64,000 bases of DNA, taken from Basidiobolus meristosporus CBS 931.73 (Eukaryota; Fungi; Basidiobolomycota). Under the pieces are notes generated by a model, which was not told the origin of the DNA, searched no databases, and saw only the letters and a program-made list of their open reading frames with translations. This document shows, one piece after another, positions 1 to 12,573 of this stretch (its first letter is position 1; every line of letters starts with the position of its first letter). The stretch lies in assembly GCA_002104905.1 (NCBI GenBank), contig MCFE01000221.1:1-64000 (forward strand), given 5' to 3'. Both the position numbers and the translations under genes were made by a program.

Positions 1-118
1 GCAATTATTTTCCAACAGCCTTGGCATGGTGTTGCAATGGGATCAGTACCTCTTAGTCTTGGAACCTTCAATTTGTGATGGCATTTTGATGGGATAATAA
101 TAATAATTTCTCATAGGG
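1..118 (-). mobile_element. CMC-1 (CACTA/EnSpm) left terminal fragment
   Basis: Ends in CATAGGG (112-118), the reverse complement of the CCCTATG terminus. The subterminal sequence matches 55685-55810, 15080-15199 and 61735-61851. Confidence 0.8.
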
Positions 119-120
119 TC

Positions 121-872
121 TGTGAATTATATTTTTTCTTCTTCTTCTGACAGCATCTTTGTAGTTGAGATTTATTGTCTAAGGTACATTTTCTTGGCAG
201 CTGAACCTGAACGGTAGATGCCTTCTAATGGCTACAAAGCATTCTTTGCTGTTTTTGCTCTTGAGCATTGAATTAGCAGTTTGTCTTTGACATTAAGGCA
301 AGTGCAGTAAAGGCACTCTGTTCTTTCTTCTGGTACTTTAAGGGTTCCACTGCCATGTTTTTAGAGGGGCATTCTTCTCCCATGACAATATCACAAAGGC
401 TTCTCTCTTGTAGCAGCATCTTTATCTTCACCTTCCACATTTGGTAGTAAATCCATCCAACTTTTCAGCAGCAGGAGAAACTCCAGTAATAGCAGTGGTA
501 GATATTGCAGAGAGTGACAGCTTGAGGCTCAAAACCAGTTGCAAGAGTCTTGGATATACTGGAAGTGATTGGGAGAACAAGTAGATTGTGCAGTTTCTGC
601 TAAATGATATATTGTATGTTAAAGAAGTAGTTACACTTTTACTTGGTCCTGACATAGCAAACACATAGAATAGGGTGAGCAAGGTCCCAAGAACATGTGT
701 GCAAAGTTTGACACCTTTTGGAATTTTCATGTTCTGGGTATCTGATATTTTGGTAAGATACTCCAAGCAAATCCAACCAAGGAATTTGGTCAGTATTCTC
801 TAGGATCTGAAGGTAATGATCTAAGTGACTCAGTTAGGGGAATAATTAGGTAAAATTACAAATTTGACAACA
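121..872 (-). mobile_element. Degenerate Copia-A relic: 5' LTR (537-872), PBS, truncated gag
   Basis: Reverse complement aligns by eye to 44689-45460. The ORF-track peptide ends AISTTAITGVSPAAEKLDG, matching the Copia-A gag start. Confidence 0.8.
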
Positions 873-1423
873 GTGTGTAGCTGTGCCATGACTGCCTAAT
901 ATTGGAGGGAACTTGCCCTATGAGATATAACTGTGATGATGCTGACAACAGGCCATCACAAAATTTAAATTCAGTGACTAAGAGGTATTGATGCCATTAG
1001 GACACCACAAAAGGCCATTTGGAAAAATAGCACTCCAGATTTGACAAAAAGCTTGGGCAAAGTATTTATTGCAACAATATATAGGTGGCTCTTGTTAGTT
1101 CTCTGCTGATTTGCTCACTTTATGATCCCCAACACTAAATTACCTCTTATACTTGTGTATATTGATTGACTATTGCCTCTTTTTCAGACTCCTTCCTTCC
1201 TAACCCAAACAATGCTTGTACTATTTATGCATACAAGTTAGATCAACTCTGTGGAATATTCAGCTGTAGCCCAATAGCCAATTAAGCTGACCTACATAAG
1301 TCCTCATACCCGACACTAGCATTGAGCCCAGTCTCACAGTGAACAAGTAACTACATTAAGACACACCATCCAGTATGAGCTTCTGCCACAACACCTTATC
1401 TCTTTGTCTTTGGTGGGAACCCT

Positions 1424-4400
1424 CCCTGTGAAAATTTTCTTCAATGATCCCATCAAAAGGCAATCACAATGTTAAAGTCCCATGACTAAGAGGCACTGAT
1501 CACATTAGTACACTATCCTGAGACCATTGAAAAAAAATTGCACCCCAGATTTCACAAAACCCTTAGTCAAAATTTTTCATCGCACAATTTACGAGTGGTT
1601 TTTGATTTGTTCCCTGCAAATTTTCTTGCTTTCTGATCCCAGACACTCTATCACCTCCTATATTTGTGTGCATTGATTGGCTATTGCCTCTTTTTCACAT
1701 TCCTTACTTCCTGACTCAACCGTTTCTCTTACTTTTCATGTGTACTAATTGATTTATTGCCATTGAAACTTCAGTTGGTCTTCAATTACCTATTGTATTC
1801 ACCTATATAAGCCCCTATACCCTACACTAACATTAAGCGCAACCCCACACTCAACAAGTAACTCCATTAAAGTCCACCACTCAATAAGTATTTCTGCTGT
1901 AACACTCTGGTTCCACTACCTTGGCAGGAACCCAACAGCTTAATGTCACTGTTCATTCATTGCTCCCACATGTCCTGGTCTTCAGCTGGCACTGCAGGGT
2001 CTAGCCCAGTAATCCATATACTGGTGAAGGATGAGATGTTGTAGCTAGAAAAGTGGCTCATACCCACAAATCTCAGTAATGGGGGGCTTTAAGGATTTAT
2101 TACTACTTCTTGCCACAATCATTCCAGGATGCATCATACCATGTACATGTTACAAGTGGACTACAATCATGTGGCTGGCAACATATGACGCAGAGACTAT
2201 CCTGATCCTAGCATGGGTTAGCAGTTGCATAGCATTCACATCCCAAACTGCCACCATTGCAACATGTCCAAATTGTCAGGAATCCACCACCATGAAGGGA
2301 ACACATTGCCCACACTCTGGATACATTCCGGTAATACCCTGTCTAAAGAAGCTTATGCAGCTTGACAAATATTGCAAAGCTTTACAGTACCACACTCAGT
2401 ATCAATCAGGTGTAAACATATTCAATATATTTGATGGCAAATATTACAAACAGCTAAGAAGCAAGGGCTACATTGAAGGTATGTGTGACCATACCTTTGC
2501 CTTAGCACTGGATGGATTCCAATTAAGCAAGTACTCTACCACTGACTCACATCAATCTGAATCTGTTGCCCATCTTACAGTATCAGAGTAAAAATCTGAT
2601 GGCAGTTTCACTGGTATCTGGGCCTAAATCACCATTCAACTTGGATAGCTACCTGTACCCATTGCTGGATAAGTTTTATATGCTTTCCAGTGAGATAGCA
2701 GTAAATGGCTATCATACCAAAGCACATATTATTATTTGCATTGGAGATACCTCAGCCATCTGCAAGATAGCAGGTTTTTCTGGGCACAATGGATGGCATT
2801 ACTGTCAAATGTGTATGATCCAGCGGATTTACTCAATAGCTCACACACATTGGTATTACCCAAGCACCAGCACCAAGAACATTACCTTCCCACCAAGAGA
2901 ACATACAGAAGCCAGCATGCATTTGCAGCAAAGTTGGTAAGCCATAAGCCATTGGCCAGAATATAGAATCAATTGGAAACTGGAGATACTTAAGATAGAG
3001 GATATCTGTTGGAACAAAAGCTTTCCACTGAGTGCAATGCATTTGCTTTTCAACAATATCCCTATACTGATGACCAAGTTGTACATGGGCATTCCTAGCT
3101 AAATGAGCCCTTTGCGATACTGGAGAAATCTGAAAGAATTGGCAGGATATTACAGAGTATCCACTACCCTAATTACTACTCACAGGCTCTAATCAATATT
3201 CATACTCATATGCAATAATTCAAATGCTGAGACTGGATGAGCTAGAAATGTACTTATTTAAGTGGTGCTCTGAAGCCATTCCTACCAAGAGTATATTGGA
3301 AGCATTGGAAATCATATGTGGATATTGGAGGAATGTTTATCCAGAAGCAGATCACCAATGCCAACTTGACACATTTACAGCTGTTGTGTGAGGAGTTTGT
3401 AACAGGATTTGAGCAGCTATACTACACACATAAAGCTGAATGTGTAGATCTCTGCTGCTACTGTATCCATCCTCTATGCCATCTTGCTTGGTGTGTGGAG
3501 AATATTAGGCCTTGCTTCACCCTTTAGGAGTTTCCTATGGAGCAGATGTGTAGTGAGATAGGAAGACCAGTCAATTTGCAGGTACTACTATATCACAATC
3601 TCTTCAAAATATTACCTTCAAGTCCATAATGGATGCCATGAGTTGGCACATGGAGGACAGCCAGGAAGAATTGGAAATACTGAGGACAGATGTGCGCATG
3701 GAGGAACCTGTGCCTATGGAATTAAGAAGCTTAGCAGCCTCAATATTTGGATAATCAGTTAAGTGATGCAAAGTTGGGTTGGGTGCAACAAGCAACTAAT
3801 ATTTATAAGGAAAACTTGACCAAGGTATGCCAGATTTCTCATGATCACAAGCCAACTTCTACACCATTCAATACAGAATTCAAACAAACAAGAGCCAGAG
3901 TGCACCTATAAGGGGGACTAAAATCTAGCAGGGAGAAGGAATGTATTGGCCAAAAACAAAGAAGTTCAATGTGGATATTCAGGAGGTATTCCTGGCAGAA
4001 GTGAAAACAACCAAACATATGTTTGCAAGATGTATATGTTACCAGCAGTACAAGATATATGGCAACTTTGCAAGTATCACACCAAAAAGCCATAAAGTTG
4101 AGGTGATAGAAGTATGTCAATTACACCAGGTGTGAGCATTTTTACAGGTTAGTAAGCAGGAGGCCATAGTTTTTTTTTGATTCAAACTATATGTGGAATA
4201 CCCAAGGTAGTAGTGGGGAGAATATTTGCCAAATACCTAGATGTTTATTGCTGATATTCAGGAGGTATTCATGGCAGAAGTGGCAACAACCAAGCATATG
4301 TTTGCAAGTTGTATATGCTACTAGCAGTACAAGGTATATGGCAACTTTGCAAGTATCACACTAAAAAGCTGCAAAGTTGAGGTAATAGAAGTATGTGAAT

Positions 4401-4972
4401 TACAACAGGTGTGCAAGTTTGTAGAGGTTAGTAAGCAGGAGGCCATAGTATTTTTTGATTCAAACTATATGTGAAATACCCAAGGTAGTAGTGGGTAAGC
4501 AAATAGAGGGATAATTCAACAGTGGAATATATGAATTGCACAAGGGGAGGTAGGAAAAGGAAATACCATTTGGTAAACTGGTATGCTAGCATTATGCAGA
4601 ACCCACTGTAGGCCACCATACTGCCTTAATAATACCTTCAGATTCTTGCTGTGAGGCCATTGATAGACCATCAGGTTTTTTCCCATATAAGGCAATTGGA
4701 TGTCCTGGCCAGTTAGATCCATCCAAATTGTTGTAGGGTGCTACAAGACTGCAACCATGCCATCCAATTATTCTCACAGCACCAATCAGGCCCCACCAAG
4801 TTTTATAAATTTATTTGGTCATAATATCAGCAATATGCCATTATGATCTTGTTATAAGATTGTCAAGAGGGTCACTAATTCCAAACTGCTGGCATTATGT
4901 TGGTTTCTAAGCAGGATCCTGACAGCTGATCTGGATTGGATCCACCTGTGGGACAAATTTTTTTATCATAGG
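1424..4972 (+). mobile_element. CMC-1 internal-deletion derivative with both termini and 3-bp TSD CCT
   Basis: Left end CCCTGTG (1424), right end CATAGG (4967-4972, one G short), and CCT at 1421-1423 and 4973-4975. Joining the flanks restores the family consensus. Confidence 0.75.
2031..4585 (+). pseudogene. CACTA/EnSpm (Transposase_21-like) DDE transposase, fragmented
   Basis: Motifs IFDG..Y..L, LALDGF, SGPKSP.NLDSYLYPLLD, IGDTSA..K..GFSGH, CQMC, AMH, CIH.L.HL and FPME. Many stops and frameshifts; ends approximate. Confidence 0.85.
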
Positions 4973-4975
4973 CCT

Positions 4976-7028
4976 ACTGCTTTGTGCTATTTTGCATTCA
5001 CAGGTTCCCATACATCCAGGTCTTCAGCTAGCAATTCAAGATCTGGCACCTCAACTACCAGTAGTTGCAATAAGTCCTTGCAATATTTGAGTGTGTTTTC
5101 TTGTGCACTGTTCTTGAAGAAGTGCTTCAACATCTTAGTGTGCCTAAAAATATTCCAAAACTCCATCATAGGCAATGTAATAGACTTTTGAGTTCTTGAC
5201 ATTGTTGCTTTGTCTGTCAGTGGGATCTCCACTCTAGGAACACTGGACAACATGGAGGTATTGATCAATAAATTGTCTCACTCTGTAAGCTCATCTACCT
5301 CTCTGGAGTGTTGCTCCACTCACTACACCTTCAACTCTTGAGAAAACAGCTGTTTTCTTCATGGTAATTCCACTTGGCTATTATAAAATTCAGCTTGTTC
5401 TGGGCTTACAGCGTTAATTGATGAGAACTGCAGCTTGTTTCTTGAGTATGCCTCTATTGGGCTGGGGGAGACTATTCTCTCTTTATCTTTACCTGTGTCA
5501 CTGCTAAGTCTCTCACTGCTACTTTGACTGAGTGTTTTTTGTATTGAAGTATGTTCTCTCCTTTATAAATGCTGCACTGGTGACTCTGCTTTTGCCTGCT
5601 TGTCCCTTGCTGGCACTGTCCCAGCAGCCTGACATTTCTTTGCCACTTCTTTGGAGCTTTCAGCCATGCTTATGACAGGCTTTTGAGAAAGCCACAGGCT
5701 CTTATCCTTGTCAGGTCCATGACTGCTACTATGACTGAGTGCTTCTTGTATTGAGCCACATTTTCTCATTGATGAATGTGGCACTGATTCATTTACTTCT
5801 GCCTGCTTGTCCTTTACCAGCACTCCCCTGGCAACCTGATGTTTCTTTGCTGCTTGTTTAGATCATTCTGTCCTGCTTGTGACAAGTTCCTGAGAAAGCT
5901 GTAGGTTTATATCACTGATAGGTCCTGGTATATGACACATTGGCGCATCCACTTCTGCCTTCTTGCTCTTTACTGGCACTCCTCTGGCAACCTAACAGCT
6001 CTTAGCCAAGGCACCTCTGCTTTTTGGCCTTTGAAGATTCTGTTATTCTTCAGATACTTTCTTAATATACAAATGGGTGCCCAAAATCTATTTGCTTGCT
6101 TGAGTCCAGGATGATGATCATGGAACAGGTCAAGTGCATTCTGCTTGACCTTAGGTTCCTCATGGTCCAATGGTATGCCAGCCTAGAGATGATGCTGTGC
6201 TAGACTTCTTACAGCCTCTTGAATATTAGCCCACTCTTCCTCATTGCACTCCACAGCTTCACGGATCTTCAATGTCTGCTGATTTTTAGACTTGTCTATG
6301 TATATCACAGTATCCCCCTCCTATGCTGTGACTGGTGCTTCTGTTGTTGCCTTTGGGCAGTGTTGCTGTACTTCAAACACTGAACAGTGTTGCTCTGCTG
6401 CTGCATTGGAAAAGAGCTCAATTCTTGGCTGTGACATCAAGCTACTTTAGTTCCTTCTTTGCAGCCTAGATACTGCATACTCTACCTACAATATTGATTG
6501 CCATACACTTATTGTCCACTCATCCTGTCTCTGGACTATTCCCTAATTTCTCTGGGCCATTGCATCTATCCTGTCAGCTACTACACCTAGCTGCCGCATT
6601 TATACTTAGTGTGAATGACAAGATACTTATTAATATTAGTTGTGGTGATATTTGTTGTAAAAACTTGTATTTCCACCTAAATATTCACCTAACTTAGTCA
6701 CTTAGATCATCACCTTCAAATCCTAGAGAATACTGACCAAATTCCTTGTTGGGATTTACTTAGAATATTTTTCACCAAAATGCCAGGTACCCAGAACATG
6801 AAAATTCTCAAAGTTGTCCAAACAGCCCCAAACTTTGCATACATGTTCTTGGGACCTTCCTTAACCTATTCTACATGTTTGTAATGCCAAGACCAGGTAA
6901 AAGTATAAATATTACTTTTACATTCAATAAATCATTAAGTGAAAACCACATTATCTACTTGTTCTCCCAATCACTTCCAATATCTCCAAGACTCTTACAA
7001 AAATATTATGATGGTCAATCTTAAGTAT
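4976..7028 (-). pseudogene. CMC-1 ORF2 relic (unknown function)
   Basis: Homologous to 56129-57988. Peptides DHEEPKVKQNALDLFHDHHPGLKQANRFWAPICILRKYLKN and FWNIFRHTKMLKHFFKNSAQENTLKYCKDLL. Confidence 0.7.
6653..7002 (+). mobile_element. Copia-A solo LTR with 5-bp TSD ATATT
   Basis: TGTTGTAA...TTACAAAA matches 54136-54484. ATATT at 6648-6652 and 7003-7007. Confidence 0.9.
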
Positions 7029-7944
7029 ACGTATGTATGGGATGTTACAGTTACATACATAATACTTACTATGGTGGATCATTGTTGAACCTTAAATTCA
7101 TATAGGTGCAAAGTCTTGAATACATGACTGTCTTAAGATCATAAGAGTATAGACAAAAAAGTGCGATAACAACATCATCTTGTTGAGTGTCAGTCTGTTT
7201 GACCTATAGGTAAAACTTTCTTAATTCAACAGTGTAAGAGAATAGAAAACAACCATGTGGCCATCAAGCTTCTCAGCCATGAAGTATTCAGACAGCATAG
7301 GAAGTATATCAATGATCATGGCCAGTGTCTTCCACACACGCTATATTTGAGCATTGGTCAGTCACTACTGTACCCACAGTTTCATGCTGGCCACTAGATA
7401 CTTTTGTAAGGCACATAGGAATACTTTTCACCTTGTGCAAGCTGATTCAGGAGAGTTTACAATGTCTTTAGGCTCACCTTAGCCTCCTGAATATGGTTTG
7501 CAGAGTCTTGGCTCTGGAGAAAAAGGCTCACTGATTAATGGTGAGCCTATCTCCTCTCACAACAGTACTGTGCAAGAGCCCAGCAAAATCCCAATGTTCA
7601 ATGTAATAACACCTGTGGAAAAAAATGCTTACAATAGTTTATGGAGCAAAGTGGAGTTGGTAGTCCACTTACTGGTTAATGATGCCATGATATGGCTAGA
7701 GAAGTGGTGTATTTCCACTAATATCAATAAAGGGACTTTGAGAATTTGCTGCTACTTTTTGCCAATATTATTCTAGGATGCAACTTAACATGTACTTGGT
7801 ACAAGTGGTAAACCTTCAAGCTGTTGGCAACATGTGACCCAGAGACCATCCCTATATCAGGATATGCTAGCAGTTACATGGCATTCACACCCAAAATTGC
7901 CACCATTGCAACATGTCCAAATTTTCAGGAATCCACCACCATGA

Positions 7945-9615
7945 CATCTAATTGCCTTATATGGCAAGAAAATGGACAGTATTTTAACAAGTTCTGAGCA
8001 TCATATGCATCTTGGAAACATATGCTTGGTTGTTGCCACTTCTGCCATGAATACCTCCTGAATATCCGCAAAGTACTTCTTGGTATTTAGCCAATATATT
8101 CCTTCTCCCTGCTGGACTCTAGTCCCCCTTGTAGGTGCACTCTGGCTCTTGTTTGCATTAATTCTTTATTGAATGGTGTAGAAGTTGGCATGTGACAAAG
8201 AGAAGTCCAGCATACCTTGTTAGAGTTTTCCTAATAAGAATTAGTTGCTTGTTGCACCCAGCCCAACTTTGCATTACTTGACTGATTACCCACATATTGG
8301 GGCTGCTTAGCTTCTTAGTGCCATAGGCATAGGTGCCTCCATGTGCACATTTGTCCTCAGTATTTACTAACACTTCCTGGCTGTCCTCCATGTGCCAATT
8401 CATCATATCCATGATGGACTTGAGGGTAAAATTCTTGATGAGATTGGGATATGGTAGTACCTCCAACTTGACTTGTCTTCCTATCTGCCCACACATCCAC
8501 TCCATAAGAAACTCCCAGAAGGTGACACAAGGTCCAATATTCCGCACATACCATGCAAGATGGAGTAGAGTATGGATACAGTAGTGGCAGAGATCTACTT
8601 GTTCAGCTTTATGTTTGTAGTAGAGCTGCTCAAATCCTGTTATAAACTCCTTGCACAGCGGCTGTAGATGCATCAAAATGGCATTAGTGATCTGCTTCTG
8701 GATAAATACTCCTACAATGTCCACATATAATTCCCAATGCCTCCAATGTGCTCTTGGTAGGAATGGCTTCATAACACCGCTTGAATATATACATATCCAG
8801 TTGGGTAATGATAATGTGTGTGAGTTATGGAGTAAGTCCCCTGGATCTCACATATTTGAGAGTAATACCTTACCTGGTGCCCAGAAAAACCTACTATCTT
8901 GCTGATGGCTGGGGTATCTCTAATGCAGATAATAATATGAGCTTTCACTTGATGGCCATTTACTATTATCCTGCTGGAAAGCATACAAAATTCATCCAGC
9001 AATGAATACAGGTAGTTATCCAGGTTGGACAGTGATATAGACCCAGATTCCAGAGAGACTACCATCAAATTATTGCTGTGATACTGTAAGATGGGCAACA
9101 GATTCAGATCAATGTGAATCAGTGGCCAGCATGATTTGCAGGTAGAGTACTTGTTTAGTGCAGTCCATCAAGAGCTAAGGCAAGGGCATGCTCTTCCAAA
9201 CCTTCAAAGTAGCGCTTACTGCTTAGCTGTTTGTAATGTTGGCCATCAAATTTATTGGATATGTTTGAGCTTGATTAATACCAAGTGCGGTACTGTATAG
9301 CTTTGCAATATTTGTTTGACTGCATTAGCTTCCCCAGATGGGGTATTACCAGAATATATTCAGAGTTTGAACATCAATTTTCCACAATGGTGGTGGATTC
9401 CTGACAATTGGAACACATGACAATGGTGGCATTTTGGATGTGAATGCCATGCAACTGTTAACACAAGCTGGAATCAGGACAGTCTCTGGATCATATGTTG
9501 CTAGCTGCATGACAGTTGTCCACTTGTCCTATGTACATGGTAAGCTGCATCCCAAGTGATTTTGGCAAGAAGTAGTAAAAAATCCCCAAAGCCCCCATTA
9601 CTGATATTAGTGGAA
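7945..9615 (-). pseudogene. CMC-1 transposase fragment (inverted copy)
   Basis: ORF-track peptides 8158-8772 (HTLLHL..GPC.TFWEFLME) and 8769-9098 (NLDNYLYSLLDE, RDTPA). Confidence 0.85.
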
Positions 9616-9619
9616 ACAT

Positions 9620-10100
9620 TGTAGTGATATATAAGTCCAAGGGAGAGATATATCCAACACTTCTCAAGTGTTTTTGTGTGGGGTGTTCACTGGGTGCAAT
9701 AAGCTATGGCAAAAGCTTGCTAGGAATATTTGGTTTCTGTCTCTAATCTAAGGTAATGGGGAATAAAGCCACAAGCTTGTCAAGGGAAAACTATTAAGCC
9801 ACAATCCCCAACTTAGTTGGCGTCTTAACTAAAGTATGTGCTGGGTTCAGCGTCCTTTGAGATGACAATGTACTAAAGCTTCCAAAGTCAAAACAACTGT
9901 AAACTCCACCAGCAGGGACTTGATAACAATGCAGCTGTGGTCAATAGCTACAAAGACAGAAAAGTATCTTTGCCTGTACAAGAACAAACTTGGGAAAGAA
10001 TCAAATAAAATAAAAGATACCTACTCTGAGTATTCCTCACAAGTAGTGCCTCCAAGGTCAGTTGGCTGTCAGCGCAGTTTCCTGGGACTACCAATTATTT
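9620..10100 (+). repeat. Orphan LTR-like repeat LTR-X
   Basis: Starts TGTAGTGATATATAAG. Recurs at 19711-19800, 22806-23100 and inverted at 55118-55652. No linked coding region seen. Confidence 0.6.
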
Positions 10101-10101
10101 C

Positions 10102-10838
10102 TTGAAGTGGAAAGAAGTCCAAGCCATCCAAAATAAAGATCAGAAGACAACTGACCAATTCATTCTAGAACACCTTATCTGCCGGCATGGATATCCTCAG
10201 ATACTCCTGTCCAACAATGGTAGTTCCTTCTTGAATAACACTGTGACCCATTTGTGCAGAATGATGGGCATGAATCAGGTCTTCACGGCTGTGTATCACC
10301 CCCAGACTAATGGATTAACCAAGAGGATGAACCAGAATGTTGCTGCATACTAGAGAAGTTCCATTTGGAACTTCCCCAGTCATGGGCCAAGCTGCTCCCA
10401 CTCACACTCCTAGCAATGTGCACAATACAAAATAAATCAACAGGTTTCTCCCCATACAAAGTTCAGTATGGACAAAGGCCCAAGTGGCATGAAGAAGCTG
10501 GATTGACAATGGAAGGTGTCCCCTTGACAACACATAACAACTATGTAGAGAGGTTGATTCACCGTATTGCCCACCTATACATAAAAGTATTTGAAAATGC
10601 CAACAAGCATCTTCCCCCTCCACCTACAAATGAGAAACTAACAGGACAAAAGTGGAAACTAGGCAATAAAGTGTGGTACAATCAAACCATTGCAGGCCTC
10701 AAGTTTTGTCCACAATTTATACCCCAATGAGTTAGCCCTTGCACTGTTATTAGTTCAGACCATGGGCCAAAGTACACCATCACCCTGATTAATAAGACAA
10801 TCAGCAACATAGAGCCAGCCCATCTGAAACCATTTCAT
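10102..10838 (+). pseudogene. Ty3/gypsy integrase C-terminal half
   Basis: rve core motifs plus a degenerate GPY/F region. Internal stops; catalytic D and E appear as N and K. Confidence 0.8.
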
Positions 10839-11003
10839 TATGATCCACCAATCATTGCTGAAACCAAAGTGTGACTAAACAATTATCAGGACAAGGATAG
10901 AGGAAGACACAGGATACATATGAAGTTTATTAGAGGAGATTCTAGTTGATATAGGTACAAATGATATGTGTGAGTTAGTTTGCCTAAAAGGGAGAACAAA
11001 AGA

Positions 11004-11755
11004 ATGCATATGGCAAGCACCAAAGGAAACAGTTCACCCAAAACTGGTGATACTCCTCCCACCAGCAAGAACCAAGATGATATCAAAAACAAGACTGACC
11101 TGCAAGTGTTGCAAGATATGGTACAAACATTACGTGCAACAAGAACCATCTATGAAGAGTTGTTTGCCGGAGCAGTCATATTGATACAAGACATGATCAG
11201 AGTGGGACAAGACAAGTTACCCACGCCAATACAAAGTATGGAGATAATACCCAAGAAGACCATGTATCACCTGCGAGGAGGATCCTTGATCATTAAGGAG
11301 AAGGATGCTGCACTGATTCCCATATCCATACTGGACGCAGTCAGACAGAAGACACAAGGGATCAACTGTTGCACCCTCACAAGATCTTGAGAGCCCCCCT
11401 GTTTTATTGCATACTTGCCATTAATAGGTGCCATTGTTGTTGAGGTATACGCAGACCTGGTACAAGCTGCAAGAGCACCGGAAGTAGAACTCCCAGTCAA
11501 AGGACTCCTCTAAGAAATTTGCAAACATCTTGAGCCACATTTCTAAGAAGGAACCATCATAGAGAAGATATGTAAATGGATTAAATACACCGGCCAGTTA
11601 ACCCATGCAATCCACCAAGTTGCTGTGTTACAACAATTACAGTGGCTTACCATAGGACAACTCAGGAACCAGTACAAAGTCCAACTCCATGAAGCCAAAG
11701 AAACCGCCACAGACTCTGTAGAGACCATGACGCAAGTACAAAGGTGCCTTGATTG
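11004..11755 (+). pseudogene. Gypsy-B ORF3 N-terminal part (unknown protein)
   Basis: ATG at 11004. One frame continues through several in-frame stops and is colinear with ORF 25153-25731. Confidence 0.65.
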
Positions 11756-12096
11756 GTTCTCCCCAGAGTCCTACTTAAAGTCCTCCAGTATTCTCCCTAT
11801 GATTCCCCCACATGTCCTCCCTCCTAACCCTGCCCTTATCTAGTTAGAGCACTTACCATGATGGGAAGGTGTTCACACCCCTATTTTATAATACATTGTC
11901 TATTATCTAAGCCCCAGAGTGATATATATATATCCAATTGAATCAAGTGAGGGAACATCAAGAAGAAGATTTGGACAGAATAAACACAAGTATTTTTTAC
12001 CTTGCTACCTTCTATTGGAAGCTATTCTGATCCAAGTGGTACTGACTAGTCCTATAAGCTCTCCCACCCACCAAGTACAGTCAATAATAACCCACA

Positions 12097-12221
12097 AAAA
12101 CCACATAATCTACTTGTTCTCCCAATCACTTCCAATATCTCCAAGACTCTTACAACAGGTTATGAGCCCCAAGCTGTCACTCTCTGCAATGTCTACTACT
12201 GCTATTACTGGAATTTTTCCC
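12097..12221 (+). mobile_element. Copia-A sliver (LTR 3' end, PBS, gag start)
   Basis: One mismatch seen versus 44977-45101. PBS GGTTATGAGCCC at 12158-12169. Confidence 0.85.
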
Positions 12222-12573
12222 ACATGGCACATCCAACCAATCAGGAATCAGTACCCTGATACCTGTGTAACATAAAGATACCATAGATAGTATGGAAATG
12301 GTAGGGATGGTGACATGGGCTGATCATGTGTCACAGGTAGTGACGCAAGTACTAGCGTAATATAGAAATACTTACTGCTATTAATCTTACATAAAGTGAG
12401 GGATAACTAATGCAATAAGGTAAGCAGGTGTGATAGTCAACTGCCTTATGGGATAGCACTGATCAGGAAAGACAAATGGGATAAAACTGAAATAAGTGTA
12501 GTAGAAAATAGGGAAATAGGAAATATGGGAATGCACACATCTGGCAGTGGGTGTCACTATGACCCCACTACAA
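12222..12573 (-). repeat. Orphan LTR-like repeat LTR-Y (partial)
   Basis: Reverse complement begins TGTTGTAGTGGGGTCA and aligns to 54595-54930. Confidence 0.65.

Larger units (their letters stand above)
916..7944 (+). mobile_element. CMC-1 outer copy: left terminus, ORF2 relic, intergenic region, transposase N-terminus; interrupted by nested insertions
   Basis: CCCTATG at 916-922. The sequence before 1424 resumes after 4975 as one continuous CMC-1 left arm. Confidence 0.75.
10102..12096 (+). mobile_element. Gypsy-B copy 1: integrase, extra ORF3, partial 3' LTR
   Basis: Integrase core (HGYPQILLSNNG...YHPQTNGLTKRMNQ). Downstream sequence is homologous to 25144-26518, and the LTR ends AACCCACA at 12096. 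Confidence 0.8.
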
